Assembly: GCF_037042905.1 (NCBI RefSeq) | Contig: NC_087245.1 | Location: 15,130,001-15,194,000, forward strand | Source: Lytechinus pictus | Lineage: Eukaryota | Direction of reading: 5' to 3' | Length of the DNA stretch: 64,000 nucleotides | Shown: positions 1-12,789 of the stretch, one piece after another | Position numbering within the stretch: the stretch's first letter is position 1 | How the letters are laid out: each line of letters starts with the position of its first letter | Notes under the pieces: model-generated | The model's database searches: none | The model's input: only the letters and a program-made list of their open reading frames with translations | What the model was told of the DNA's origin: nothing | Program-made: the position numbers and the translations under genes

Positions 1-335
1 TATGTCACTGCTCGTGTCATTCGATGTCATAATTATATGTTATAGTGTCTTGAGTTTTTTACTGCAACTCTTAACAAATTATTTGCACATACTTGATTTT
101 ATTTGCACTAACTATTGAGAGAAATAAATTGGTTTGAAAATTTTTCTTGCCTTGTGATGAAAAATACACTGGATGGGTGGGACTATAGACAATTATTGCT
201 TTTTAGCAAAAGATGTGATTCCCTATAAAAGTGAATCACACCTTACTGCATTCAAAGCTAATCATTTGACAAGGGTTTGGGAGTGAGCTGTGTAGAAGAT
301 AATGAAGCAATTGTCTTTGCTTTATCTTTTTTCAG

Positions 336-486
336 TCAGGAAGCTCAGAAGTGTCTTTGTGGATCTGATAAGTGTAGGGGTGTGATTGGCAAACAGAAGA
401 AACAGAAGGAAGGCAAAGATACAACACCTAGGAGAAGAGGGAGTGTTGGAGAGAAGCGAAGGAAAGAAGCTTTTACAGATATCACA
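336..486 (+). CDS. SETD2: SETD2 internal exon (post-SET CxCxxxxC)
   Basis: ttcag| acceptor, |gtaagt donor; QEAQKCLCGSDKCRGVIG matches the SETD2 post-SET motif. The gene starts upstream of the window. Confidence 0.93.
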
Positions 487-1067
487 GTAAGTGAAATCTC
501 TTCTCTTGATAATCAACATTTCCAGTCACTTTGAGACAGTTTCTTCCACAGTTAAATATTGTAAACCAGGTAGATGTTTCATAAAGCTGTTTGTAAAGAT
601 ATGTGTGACATAAAAACTACTGGAACATGTTCTTAGGTGCCAACTTAGCTACATAGGGATATATCATTTAGCACAAGAAAGGATCACCGGTCGTGCATAA
701 GGTCACTTTGTAACTAATAGCTTTATGGAACACTCATCGGAACATATATTTTTCTTTAATTTCTTTATATTTGGTTTCTTATTGCATTTTTCTTTTGTCA
801 CTTCGTATCGTCATTGTTTCCACTCTGTGTCTGTTCTTGGTTATGGAGTATTCTTTAGCCTAGGTACTTAAGCATGTGGTCATCTGGAAAAGCATGTAAG
901 AACCCACCCCCCCAAAAAAAAAATGTTTATATGCAATTCATTCCTTGCTATAAACAGCGGTCTGGTGCATATTGATGAATTGAATAGGACGAAACTTCTG
1001 GATTTTGTTCAAATTCAGTAAAAACAAACCTGTAATATATTCCATGCTCTCCTTGAAATAGACAGTT

Positions 1068-2493
1068 CTGGGTCCCGTCTTACGAAGAGTTGCGATTGAT
1101 CCAATCAATCGTAACTCTATGGAAATCCATCAGTGTCATAATTTTTTCTACAGGAAATTTGCACAATGTCCTTTTTGTCTCGCCTGCATAGCAGAACGAG
1201 ACTATAGGCGCCGCTTTTCCGACGGCGGCGGCGGCGGCGTCAACATCAAATCTTAACCTAAGGTTAAGTTTTTGAAATTACATCATAACTTAAAAAGTAT
1301 ATGGACCTAGTTCATGAAACTTGGACATAAGCTTAATCAAGTATTACTGAATATCCTGCCTGAGTTTCAGGTCACATGACCAAGGTCAAAGGTCATTTAG
1401 GGTCAATGAACTTAGACCATGTTGGGAGAATTATTTTCAAAATCTTAACCGAAGGTTAAGTTTTTGAAATGACATCATAACTTAGAAAGTATATGGACCT
1501 AGTTCATGAAACTTGGGCATAAGGTTAATCAAGTATTACTGAACATCCTGCTTGAGTTTCAGGTCACGTGACCAAGGTCAAAGGTCATTTAGGGTCAATG
1601 AACTTTGGTCAAGTTGGTATTTGTTGAATTACTATCATAACTTAAAAAATTTATGGATCTATTTCATGAAACTTGGACATAAGGTTAATCAAGTACCACT
1701 GAATATCCTGTGCGAGTTTCAGGTCACATGACAATGGTCAATGGTCATTTACGGTCAATGAACTTTGGCCGTGTTGGGGATATTTGTTAAATTACCATCC
1801 TAACTCTGAAAGTTTATGGATCTAGTTCATAAAACTTGGACATAAGAGTAATCAAGTATCAGTGAGCATCCTGTACGAGTTTCAGGTCACATGACCATGG
1901 TCAAAGGTCATTAAAGGTCAATGAACTTTGGCCGTGTGAGGGTATTTGTTGAATTACCATCCTAACTCTGAAAGTTTATGGATCTAGTTCATACAACTTG
2001 GGATATAAGAGTAATCAAGTATCACTGAACATCCCCTGTGAGTTTCAGGTCACAAAACCAAGGTCAAAGGTCAGTTAAGGTCAATAAACTTAGGCCATGT
2101 TGGGGTAATTGTTGAATTGCCATCATAACTTTGAAAGTTTATGGATAGAGTGAATGAAATGTGGACATGGGTGTAGTTGACAAGTCTTAAGTCACCGTTC
2201 AAATGTCATTTATGGTCAATGAACGTGGTATTATGTCATTATATGAATGGTGTTTTTGTGAATGATTATTTAATAGTAGTTTTCAAAGTTAGCACTGCTG
2301 CTATATTAAATCGCGTAATGCAGGCGAGACTGCCAGAGGCGTTCCACTTGTTAAACAAAAAGAAGCGCAGTGAATTTTCAAGAAAACAATGAATGCTTGA
2401 ATATACATCATGCATAATAGATGTTGATGTTGCTAGCTGTCCATAGTTTTGATTGATCGGATCAATCACAACTCTTTGTAAGACAGACTCCTG
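1068..2493. mobile_element. MITE split by the H1 insertion
   Basis: ~40-bp TIRs gtcttacgaagagttgcgattgatccaatcaatc / gattgatcggatcaatcacaactctttgtaagac. Confidence 0.75.
1172..2352 (+). mobile_element. Helentron/DINE-1-like non-autonomous element, family H1, copy 1
   Basis: 13-bp subterminal IR gtctcgcctgcat (1177)/atgcaggcgagac (2318), 5' stem-loop, (GGC)n, five ~160-190 bp central tandem units, T-run flanks, no TSD. Confidence 0.8.
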
Positions 2494-2548
2494 ATGTTCT
2501 ACACTCAGTATGATGCATGTAATTGTTTCAAATATTTTACCATTACAG

Positions 2549-2689
2549 TTGGAAGATGAAATTCAACAGATGGTTGATGAGTTAGATGAATGTGGATTAC
2601 AGTCCAATGACCACACTATTGCACTATCAAGGTTCATGGTGAGAGCAGATCAACCAAAACAGAGACTTGCACTTCTTAAATTGCTACAG
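2549..2689 (+). CDS. SETD2: SETD2 exon (helical/autoinhibitory region)
   Basis: tacag|TTG...CAG|gtaaga, phase 0; LEDEIQQ...IALSRFMVRADQPKQRLALLKLLQ resembles SETD2 LSLSRLMVR. Confidence 0.92.
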
Positions 2690-3041
2690 GTAAGAGCTAC
2701 TTTCATTGTGAGGGAGCGACTTGAATGTTTTTAATTGTGGAAGTTTACGACCATAGTATCTCAATTTTTTTCATCCAAAATGAGTTAAAAACCTTTTTTT
2801 TTTAATGATGAATACTGCATGCATTCTGTCTCAGCAGCATTGTGTCTTTCTGGGTTTGATGTGTTTTAGACAGTAATTCATAATCATTTATGTCTAGATT
2901 AACTGTAGATGGAACTTATTGATTGATGCAGGGTTTAATTTGTAATAGAATGTTGATTTCATATTTGCAACAAGTTTTGTGAAACAGGGCATATACCCTA
3001 TGTTTCATTCTTTATACTGTTCTTTTACTATGTATATATAG

Positions 3042-3152
3042 GAAACGACTGAGCAGACTTACCTGAAATACTTCCTATTCCATCATGGTCTCAGGCTGAT
3101 CTGGAGCTGGATGGTGGACTTGGGAGATAACCCTGCTGAACTTCAAATGCAG
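3042..3152 (+). CDS. SETD2: SETD2 exon (absent from ORF track)
   Basis: tatag|GAA...CAG|gtgaga, 37 codons ETTEQTYLKYFLFHHGLRLIWSWMVDLGDNPAELQMQ; resembles SETD2 CLKSFLERHGLSLLWIWM. Confidence 0.92.
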
Positions 3153-3169
3153 GTGAGAACGAAGCTTAA

Positions 3170-3652
3170 AGGTCAAGTCCACCCCAACAAAATGTTGATT
3201 TGAATCAATAGAGAAAAATCAGACAAGCACAATGCTGAAAATTTCATCAAAATCGGATGTAAAATAAGAAAGTTATGACATTTCAAAGTTTCGCTTATTT
3301 TTAACAAAATAGTTATATGAACGAGCCAGTTACATCCAAATTAGAGAGTCGATGATGTCACTCACTCACTATTTCTTTTGTGTTTTATTGTTTGAATTAT
3401 ACAATATTTCAATTTTTACGAATTTGACGATTAGGACCTCCTTGCCTGAACCACAAAATGTTAAAATAATGGAATTCCACGTATTCAGGAAGGAATGAAA
3501 CTTCAAATAACTCTTTTGTGAAATGAAGCGAAACTTTAAAATGTCATAACTTTCTTATTTTACATCCGATTTTGATGAAATTTTCAGTGTTATGCTTGTT
3601 GAATTTTTCTCTTTTTATTCGAATCAATTTTTTGTTGGGGTGGACTTGTCCT
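3170..3652. mobile_element. TTAA-flanked MITE (Kolobok-like AG..CT ends), internally deleted copy
   Basis: ttaa|aggtcaagtccacccc...ggggtggacttgtcct|ttaa; long TIRs; homologous to 33872-34474 but ~120 bp shorter. Confidence 0.8.
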
Positions 3653-4140
3653 TTAACAATAACAACCCTTTTGTTTTTAAGTACAATATCAAAGGAATAT
3701 CTTGATGAAATCATTATGATGTCATCAGTTTGTCTGCAAAACATTTGCAATAAGAATATTGAAGTTGAAGCATTTTATCCAACAAATATTTCTCAGTATT
3801 GTTACATCTTAGCTGGGCAAAGCCTAAATTCACTGAACATTCTCACAAGAGAAAGGGATTCTGAGGTTAGACAATTGTGCTTGGTATGATTGAAAACTAT
3901 GATTCTATTTTACTGTTGAAACTCCAAATGCATTGGTTAAATACTGTGACCCTGCCATATGTTATGAGCCAGTTTGGCATCTCCTGATACTGGAATATTG
4001 ATATTGTCAATACAAGATTAAACAATTTCCCTCCTTTTACGAGACATGTTTTATGATTGACATTGAAATGTGTGCTGGCAAAAATGTGCAGTTCAGTGTC
4101 AAGTTCTCAATTGATAAAATTCTTATTTGCTTCACTGCAG

Positions 4141-5034
4141 ATCCTCACTACCTTGGCCAAGCTTCCTATTCCTAACAAGAATGCATTAGAAGACAGCAAG
4201 GTTCTTTCTGTTATTGAAAGGTGGGCAAGAGACTTTGCCAAGCAAGGACCAACCCAAGAAATGAGTTCTGTTACCAAGGCTGACAGCGACGTTGACTCGT
4301 CAAGTGCAAGTGAGACACCCTCACGCTCTGATACGCCAATCTCAGCTGCCATGGCATCAAGCATGAGTACCAATATGGAGATGCTCAAATCAATTGCAGA
4401 AGCAACAAGTTCTGAAAGTGATATGGACAGTGAAGCACCTTCAGGACTACCGCTTGCGCTTCGGCAAAGGCTAGAAGTAGAGAGCACTGAATCTCCGACA
4501 TCTACAGGTAGTGAAGAGGAACCCATGGAGAAGCCAACATCTAGTGCAGAAGATTCCCAGAATGAGCAACAGGGTGACGAGGCACAAGGGCAACCGGACT
4601 CTGCCTCTGACGCTGCGACTTCTAGTAGTGCAGTGGCAGAATCATTAAGCAAGGACAAAATGGCTCTTGAAAGTGCTGTTGTTGATAGCACAGAAGCAGG
4701 TCTTCAAGATGTCAATGACAACACTGAAGTTAGGACGCTTAAATCGTTAGCTGCAGATGCAGCAAGACAAGTGCAATCTCAAAACTCTTCGTCTGATGCT
4801 GAGACAGGCGCAGCGATGTCACAATCAGAGGATATCATTATTATTAGTGAATCCTCGGCAGCCAGTACATCTGAATCTGGAAACGGGACTTCAAATGTTG
4901 AGCAGCCATCAAGCATGGTTTTAGCGGAGACTGATAATGAGGCAGAAAGCAAAACTGATGAAGATGAAGAGGAAGGCAAGTCAGAACTGGCCAACATTAT
5001 TTCATCTCTGTTGAGCTCATGGAGTGACCTCAAA
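4141..5034 (+). CDS. SETD2: SETD2 exon (LPIPNKN motif + acidic Ser-rich linker)
   Basis: ctgcag|ATC...AAA|gtaggt, 298 codons; ILTTLAKLPIPNKNALEDSKVLSVIERW at the start and LLSSWSDLK at the end match SETD2. Confidence 0.92.
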
Positions 5035-5152
5035 GTAGGTTTCATTCTATATATTTGTTGTGTAATTTACCACTAGATACCATGTGTATATGAATTGTTT
5101 TCATATTTGTCTACAGTGACCACCCAAGAGAAGCACCAAATGTGACCCTTAA

Positions 5153-5899
5153 CCCAATCTTAACTGGGCTATTTCGGACCAGTATATACTGGGGGACCCC
5201 CCCCCCCCCCTCCTCAGATCTCGGCCGCTGATTGTGCAATCGCTGCGAAAATTTGCAAGCGCGTAGAGCCGGATTTAAACTACAAGATTGTTTGGTAAAT
5301 TTGTTTAAAAATGAATTCTTTATATTTTTAATTAATTAATTATGCAAATAAGCATATGAAATTTGCCATAAATTTGTTTTTTGTGTATGTATTTGCCCTT
5401 AACTCAATTTATATAGCTAGTAGAATGCTAATTTTGGTGGGAGTATCAATTATTACATTTCTAACAAATATCTACAAAAAAATAGCAAAAATATGTATTT
5501 TATTGTTTTTTTAATTCTTATGTATTTCTTTGTTTTTTATTGTTTTTCCCGATGAACTTTGTCGAGGACCCTTTTGCGATCATAAATAGCATAGAATAAA
5601 TCCATTTAAACCAACAAAACTAAAAATAATCATACATTTATGATTTTTGGTTGAAAAACACAATTTGCATTGACTTTTCACTCGGAATCACGTTTTTGAG
5701 CAATTTCTGGTCTGACATGCACTAACAAAACGTTGCGTAATTTTGGAACCGCGTACCCGGGCGTCGCAAATTTGGTCTCAAAAGATGCGCAAGACTTGAA
5801 AGTAAAAAGTAAGTGAGCGGCGCAGTCAAAAAAATTGTGCGACGGCGTAGTGACAAAATTTGTTGGGGGGTCAAATTGACCCCGCCAGTTTAATAAGTG
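5153..5899. mobile_element. piggyBac-like MITE
   Basis: ttaa|cccaatcttaactgg...ccagtttaataagtg|ttaa; degenerate TIR. Confidence 0.5.
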
Positions 5900-7037
5900 T
5901 TAATAGGCCTGCTATAGAGGTTGCTGCTAACACAGGTTTGACTGTATTTGACCATAAAATCAAAGAACCTCAAAAGATGTTTTTTATGAAATTGGGCACT
6001 AAAAAATTGGAGTCCTGGTATGTGTTTCATAAAGCTGTTCGCAAATTTACAAATGACTTTACGAAACGTTTGGTAACCCTTTCTTTAGCTCTTTGATATC
6101 CCTGTGTAGTTGACTTACAACCAAAGAACATATTCCAGTCATGTGTAAAGTCATGGTAACTTTACAAACAGCTTTATGAAACACCCACCAGGATAGTCTT
6201 GAGTCAAGCCTGTCGATCCACCAGAGCGTGACCGATGCTGCCAGTCACTGTTGCAATTTCCTTTATACCAGCTGACCAGGAAGTAGAGAAATACATAAGA
6301 AATTCAGTTTCAAAGACTGACAACCACTTAATGAAATAAATTTCCTAAAAGTTTCATGATATTTCAACCTACTTAGTAGGACTATAGAGGCAAGATAAAT
6401 GCAGGATTTTCCAGTTTTCTTCTTTGAATTTATTCAAGGTGGGCATGTGTGCCTTACTTATTTACAAGAAATCTACAACTACTATTCACTCCTCACCCCA
6501 ATATGACGCTACATTCCAGCAGAGCAATTAATAGTTTAAAAGAAGTAAAACAATTTTATCATAATGCGACAATATCAACAGGCCGATAAATTAAAGCAAG
6601 AAAATTGAGAAATCCTGCTCTTGAAGGTGTGTTACTTGTGAAATTTTTCATATATGAAGTAAATTAATTCTTTAACTGATTAAGTCTTCATTGATGCTGA
6701 ATTTCTTCAGGTCTACATATCTGCCAAAGAAATATGATTTGGACCTCATCCTGTAGCTTGTAACACAGAGCTTTTCATTTGATTTGTATGCTTGATGGAA
6801 CTTAATGATGTATGTAATCAAGGGCTAAACTTTATTACGGGACCCAGAATTGAAACTTAATTTCTTTTTTATTAGCAAAAAATATCTTTGAAATAAGCCA
6901 TCATAATATAAAGGTATTATGTGTTTGTGTTGATTAGTCTTCAGTAAGAAAATCAATTAATATTATTTTTTTGTGAGATCATCTGATTTCAAGATCTTAG
7001 TTCAAGGTTTTTTCTATTTTTAATTATATTTGAACAG

Positions 7038-8426
7038 GAAATATATAGGATACCAAAGAAGGAGAGTGAAAAAGATAGAGACAGGCATCGTGAACATGAC
7101 AGGGATAGGGATCGCAGATACGACCGTGATAGAGACTATGATAGAGATCGCCATCGAGATCGTGATCATGGAAGAGACAGGGATAGAAATAGGGACAGAG
7201 ATGATAGGCATCATAGGGACAGAAGTAGAGATGGTGATCGAGATCGCCATCGAGACAAAGATAGAAAAGATAGGGATAAAAGTGATGATAAATCAAGAAG
7301 AAAAAGAAGTAGATCCAACAGTAAAGAGCGGGAGACCAAGTCATCTTGGTCAAAGGACTCTGATGCAAATGCAACACCTCCGAAGCTCAGGAAACCCTGG
7401 AAGGATGCTAAAGGAAAAGAACCAAAGGAAGGAAAGGGAGTGGTCAAAGAGGATGTAAAAATTGATAAGGACAAAGATACAAAGAAAATGAGTAAAGAGG
7501 AGAGAAGACATTTGTTTGAGATGCAGGTGGAAGCAAAGGAAAGGGAAGATGCGGCTCGTAAAGAGCAAGAGGCCCTGATGATGGCTCAGTGGCAGGAGAG
7601 TGAGCAACAGAGACAGCAGCAGATGGCTCAGTTCATAGATGTCAATGGTTTTCCCATGGACCCCAATGCTCCGGGTATGATGGTCAATGAGCATGGGATG
7701 CCCATTGAGGTCATACCTGGGCACATGGATGGGATGCCGATGGGGGAACCCTACATGGGACATCCAGACATGCCGCATCCTGACATGCCCTATCATCCGG
7801 ATCACGTCCACCCAGACATGCAAGGACAGTTTCCTGAAATGATGCAGCAACATGAACACATGGGCATGGAGGAAGGATACCACCATCCTATGCATGAACA
7901 TCACATGGCACCTCCTCACGAAGGACAGCCGATGTATGATGATAGCGGGTTTCCAATCCCACCTCAGGAACATGGGCCTCCAGGTATGATGGGTATGCCA
8001 CAGCAACACGAGGGGCTACTACCTCATCCTGGTATGGAGCAGATGCACCCTGGTATGGAGTACCAAATGCACCCTGACATGGATCCTAATGTAATGGGAC
8101 ACCACCACCATGAGCACCCTAGTATGGACCCACACATGATGGGGCAACATTTCCAGCCTAACATGGATGTTCATCTCTTAGGGGGGCAGCCCCATCCGGG
8201 AGACCCTAGTATGTACACTCCACAACCCCAAATGATGCAACCTCCGGTGGATGCAGTACCACCTCAGGAAGTGCATGTGCCACAGGTTGTACCCATTCCT
8301 GCTGCAGGACCTGCCCAGGTACCCAACCAACCAGGTCCACGTGAAGAAGAGCTGATGCCTCCCCCTTCGTTGCCTGTCCCAACTCGCAAATCAAAGAAGT
8401 CAAAATCACAGAAGAGTGCAGCTAAG
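7038..8426 (+). CDS. SETD2: SETD2 large exon (EIYRIPKK, RD repeats, coiled coil, M/H/P-rich tract)
   Basis: aacag|GAA ATA TAT AGG ATA CCA AAG completes the conserved WxDLKExYRIPKK; open for 463 codons; MSKEERRHLFE resembles SETD2 LSTEERRKLFE; AAG|gtttgt donor. Confidence 0.9.
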
Positions 8427-8821
8427 GTTTGTTGATTTCCTTTCTTCTTCATTAATTTCTTTAGCATTTTGTTATTAGTCCAAGTTAACCCAAACAATGA
8501 GATGACTGAAGCAGTATATTTAGATTGAACAATTAATGTGATTAATAATTTCGTGAAATTGAGTGGAAATGAAATTAAGCATGTTCATGTTTCATGTACA
8601 ATTGTATGTACTGCATAAATGTAAATGATAGGAAATTGTCTCACATCTCCGTTTGTGTTTTGATTAGATATTGAATCAAATATTGTTTTCAAAAGTTGCT
8701 CACCAAAAAACATGTTCCATGTATCACATAAATTTACACATGAATAACGATCTTGCATATTTCCATGAGGCATCAAGTATGTGTTACCCTCTTGTATCCA
8801 CATCTTTATCTTTTTGTGCAG

Positions 8822-9022
8822 TCCTCCAAGAAGAGTCCTCCATCTACTACCTACGTGGCCCCAGCTGCACCTGTCAGCAGTGCCAGTCCAGTACTACCTT
8901 TACCCTCATCCAGCGTGGCTAGTGTAAACCCACAGAGTTATGCTCCTGCTCAGGCTGCCCCAGGTGTTCTCCCAGTGGCCCAAGCACCCCAAGTCTTACA
9001 GACACCAGTACTACCTCAAGCA
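8822..9022 (+). CDS. SETD2: SETD2 exon (P/A/S/Q-rich)
   Basis: tgcag|TCC...GCA|gtaagt, 67 codons, phase 0 at both ends. Confidence 0.82.
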
Positions 9023-9536
9023 GTAAGTTTTATAGGTTGATTATTCCAGTTTCATGGCATGCTGTGGCAAATGTCATGAACTTGTTCTATTGCGTGATCT
9101 TGCTTCAATGCTCTGATGTAATATATTACACATGATGATATGCAGTGTTGAGTGCTGACATACTATCTAATGACATTTATTGAATAGACCTTATGCATTG
9201 ATATCATCATGCTGCCTTCATGGAGGCTGAAGCCATTGCCATGCATGGGTTGGTGATCTTCAGCTTGTGCACCTCTGACAACTCTATGCGTTTTTCTATG
9301 TTTTGTGAGGGAGGGTGTGATGAAATAATGACATCACAAACATAACGTCTATTAGATATAAATGGTTTGGGGACTTTTCTGAAAATGTTGGTAGACATGG
9401 TTTGAATTCTTCATTTAAAGTACAAATTTGTGCTGATATCCCATGTTATGGCAATTCTGAGCATTTTCCCCCAATTTTTTTACATTTAGAAGTAAAGCTT
9501 CATACGATTTACATTGAGTCTTTCTCTTGAATACAG

Positions 9537-9689
9537 CCACAGCAAGCTGCCCAGACAACCTTCACCTTTGTCACTCCAGATGGCATGTTGGTGACACAGA
9601 CCATTGTTCCTTTAGCTGCAACAGAGCAGGGCATCTCTCATGTTCAACATCAGCAACAAATGGCTGGAGTGCAACAACAACAACCACAG
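9537..9689 (+). CDS. SETD2: SETD2 exon (Q-rich)
   Basis: tacag|CCA...CAG|gtaggc, 51 codons PQQAAQTTFTFVTPDGMLV...QQQQPQ, phase 0. Confidence 0.78.
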
Positions 9690-9844
9690 GTAGGCACTTA
9701 ATATTTCCCTGACCTCATTTCTGGATTATTCACTGAGGAATGGGTACCTTGCAGTAGTAATTCCTTGAATGCACTGGAAAATGGCAGCTGGAGCTCATAA
9801 CAGTAAGCCTCAGAATAGATTATTTCTTGATAGATGACACTATA

Positions 9845-11085
9845 CAGAGCTTCCAAGTCTCCCGGATCCTGCGGGAGAATACTGGATTGCGATCCAATCT
9901 CCCGTTCTCCCGACCCCATGCCAAAATCTCCCGGATAATCAGGATTTTTAGCTGTTAAATTGTAAAATTCATACAAACGACTGTTTTACGAGTCTAGCAT
10001 GTTCAACTCCCTAACACCCACGTGGAACCTCCTTATCACATTTTCATTTTACCCAGTAACTTTTACCAGTTTTTGTATAATCGTACATTGATTTCCAATG
10101 TAAATGAAGATAATTTTACTGAACGACTGGTGAAGTAGTCTAACAAGCCATTTCATTTCCGGGTTCTGTGTGTGATGAAAACACTTCAGCGGTACTCCAT
10201 GCACATGGCCCCCGGCGCGGCTCCAGCCGGCCGCGCTGCGCCAGGAAGCTACGAGTAGGGAAGTTAACGAGCACTGCGAGGCATTTTTCGTAAGCTTATG
10301 GGTGCTTTATTCGAGCTGAAACTGTGGATCAACGATGGGATTAACAAGTGAATTACTTTTGCACCCCGACTTTCAGTTTCACAAATAATTTTTTTTGACA
10401 ATCCTGAAGAACCAGAAGCAAAGTGGAGATTTTTTCGCCTACTTTCACTTGGGTTGATCGGATTCGAACCTTTTTGTCTTTCGTGAGTGAGCTAGCCTGG
10501 CGCTGGCTGGCTGGCTGAGCTGTGCGAAGCACGCCCCGTCCCGATTCATCGACACTACAATCGCATCGTCATTGACCATGGTCCATGGAGATCATGGAGA
10601 TGGATTCATCCAAGACCAAGACGACAAAATACTTTTCGAAGTATAAAGATAATTTTCAAGCGGAATGGCCAATGGGAATGTGTGACAATTTTCACAGGAA
10701 TCCCTCAGAGACTTTAAACAGTCCACATATAAAGCTCATCGACCATGTTTACCACTACTGCAGCCCCTTCCCCCCGCCCCCTCTGGCCAATTAAAGGTAT
10801 TTTCATGTTGAATGCATTCTTTTATGAATTATTTAAAAAATCTACTGTATTGAAGTGTATATTTAGTCAATGACAATTCAGAATTCTCTCTAATATGCAT
10901 TTAATCTATCGGAATTTTGTTTGATGGTTAAGACAGCTGTCAGTTACTATCAAATGTTGTTTCTTAATGACTTTTGTTTTGCTACCCAAAACTCCCATCC
11001 GTGGGACAACGTTACGCCGCTCCCTCACAAAATCAAACCTCCGCGAAATCTACTGGATTCTATCTTTCCAATGTTGGCAGCTCTG
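9845..11085. mobile_element. Non-autonomous TIR element with 7-bp TSD (P-element-like)
   Basis: cactata|cagagcttccaa...ttggcagctctg|cactata; GC/CpG-rich interior; no transposase ORF. Confidence 0.75.
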
Positions 11086-11284
11086 CACTATATTAATGAG
11101 TATTGCACCTCCTTTTGAATGGGGAGTGATCAGAAATTTAGTTTAATCTGATGTATGTACCAAGCACTGTCAAATTCTCTCAGCATTTCAGTTGTTGCAT
11201 CGAGCCTCTAATTGCAATATTTGTTTTTATAAATGAAGAAAAAATCCTTATAAAAAATTCTTATTCTCTCTTGATATGAAACAG

Positions 11285-11581
11285 GTTACAGAGTCTATTC
11301 CTTCACCCCCTGCCAAACCAAAGACTGCCAAGCTTCCTCCCAAGTGGAAGACTGCACAGGATGCTGAGGGAAAAACCTATTACTACCACTCAGTTACAAG
11401 GCAAACTCAGTGGGAGATGCCGACGTGGGAGGATAATGAAGGTGAAATGTATGACGAGGAGGCTGGTGGTGGATCTAATACGCCAACCTATGATGAGAAG
11501 TCTAGACAGAAGACAACTACGGCTCCTGCTGATACTTCCTCTGAAGCTGCCAAGAGACTCAAGGAGGCTTTCAGGTCAAAG
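11285..11581 (+). CDS. SETD2: SETD2 exon, WW domain
   Basis: aacag|GTT...AAG|gtaagc; LPPKWKTAQDAEGKTYYYHSVTRQTQWEMP is a WW domain. Confidence 0.95.
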
Positions 11582-12081
11582 GTAAGCCTCATCACTTGGT
11601 TGATATATCCAAAGGGGCTGTTTCATAAAGCAGTTTTGTGAGTTGCTCACAATTTTATATACAACGGATGACCCTTTCTTGTGCTAAATGAGATGCCAAT
11701 TTTTTCCTTGCTTTCAAATGAGAGTTAACGTTGTACAATTCTAATCAACTTGGCAAATGAATTTGTATTCAAGTTGGCTTAAGCAAAGGGAGTTTCAATC
11801 TTAAAAGATGAAATTTCGACTTAAGCTGATAAGGATAAAAGTTATTGAGAATCTTATTTAGTGAATGAAATTGTTATCAGTCATGCACAAATTTGTAAGT
11901 AACTTAGAAACAGCCTTATGAAGTTAGATTATCGCTGTAAGAAGATGTGTTGGAGCTTTCATTGGAAGAAGATGGAAGAAATACAAGACAAAATAAAGAT
12001 AAAAGCAATGCAGCTTTTTGGAATAACTTGACCTCTTGATAATTCTATCCATGTTCCTTTTTTTCACTTTCCCTGTCCTAG

Positions 12082-12345
12082 ATGTCCCACCATGTCGTTG
12101 GCTACCTCAATGCATACCGCAAGCCAGACTGTAAGATGGGGCGCATCACTAACACAGAGGACTTCAAGCATCTTGCTCGGAAGCTGACCCATGGCATCAT
12201 GGCTAAAGAGCTGAAACACTGCCGGAATATCGAGGACCTGGAAGTCAACGAGAATGTCAAACACAAGGCTAAAGAATACATCAAGAAGTATATGGGACGC
12301 TATGGGAAGCTCTACAAGAAAGACCCAGCTGATTTTGATTTATGA
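12082..12345 (+). CDS. SETD2: SETD2 last coding exon, SRI (Set2-Rpb1 interacting) domain
   Basis: cctag|ATG; YRKPDCKMGRITNTEDFKHLARKLTHGIMAKELK...VKHKAKEYIKKYM; stop TGA followed by a second TGA. Confidence 0.96.
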   Translation: MSHHVVGYLNAYRKPDCKMGRITNTEDFKHLARKLTHGIMAKELKHCRNIEDLEVNENVKHKAKEYIKKYMGRYGKLYKKDPADFDL

Positions 12346-12789
12346 TGAAATTTACACCTGGCTACTTGGCTTGAAACCCGTAGTGTTGGAAGATGGCTTC
12401 ATCTAATAAGAGATGGTCAAGTGTATGCAGGATGTAGTGGCTGCTTAATACGACTGAGGGTTGTAAGAGTTCTTACTGCTGAATACCACAGCTGTAATTG
12501 TTGTGTACCAACATGTCAGCTTGTCTTTAGACCCTTTCAATGATGTTTCCAGAGAGGTTCTTAAATCATTGCTCGGTAGGCTTTTTGACCAATACAACTG
12601 CAGTTTATGGAAGAGTCAGCGGGAACCCTCTTAACAATGATCCTAATGGGTACGTAAATCGAACTCATTTGCGTTTGCTTGTTCTTGGCAATGTCATTGT
12701 TGATGACTACACATTTTGGAAAAGGATCGTAATAAAATGTGAGATGAGAAATAGATGATGAAAGACATACACACACAGTCCAATACACA

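Noticed and set aside
4107..5045. Minus-strand ORFs 4107-4691 and 4779-5045
   Set aside because: Antisense to a SETD2 exon, with no recognisable domain.
7020..8009. Overlapping alternative-frame and antisense ORFs (e.g. 7030-7458 +, 7350-8009 -)
   Set aside because: Shadows of the low-complexity SETD2 exon; the splice phase and the EIYRIPKK motif fix the true frame.
12343..12348. Stop-codon readthrough or selenocysteine at the SETD2 TGA
   Set aside because: Tandem TGA TGA right after the complete SRI domain; no SECIS recognised.
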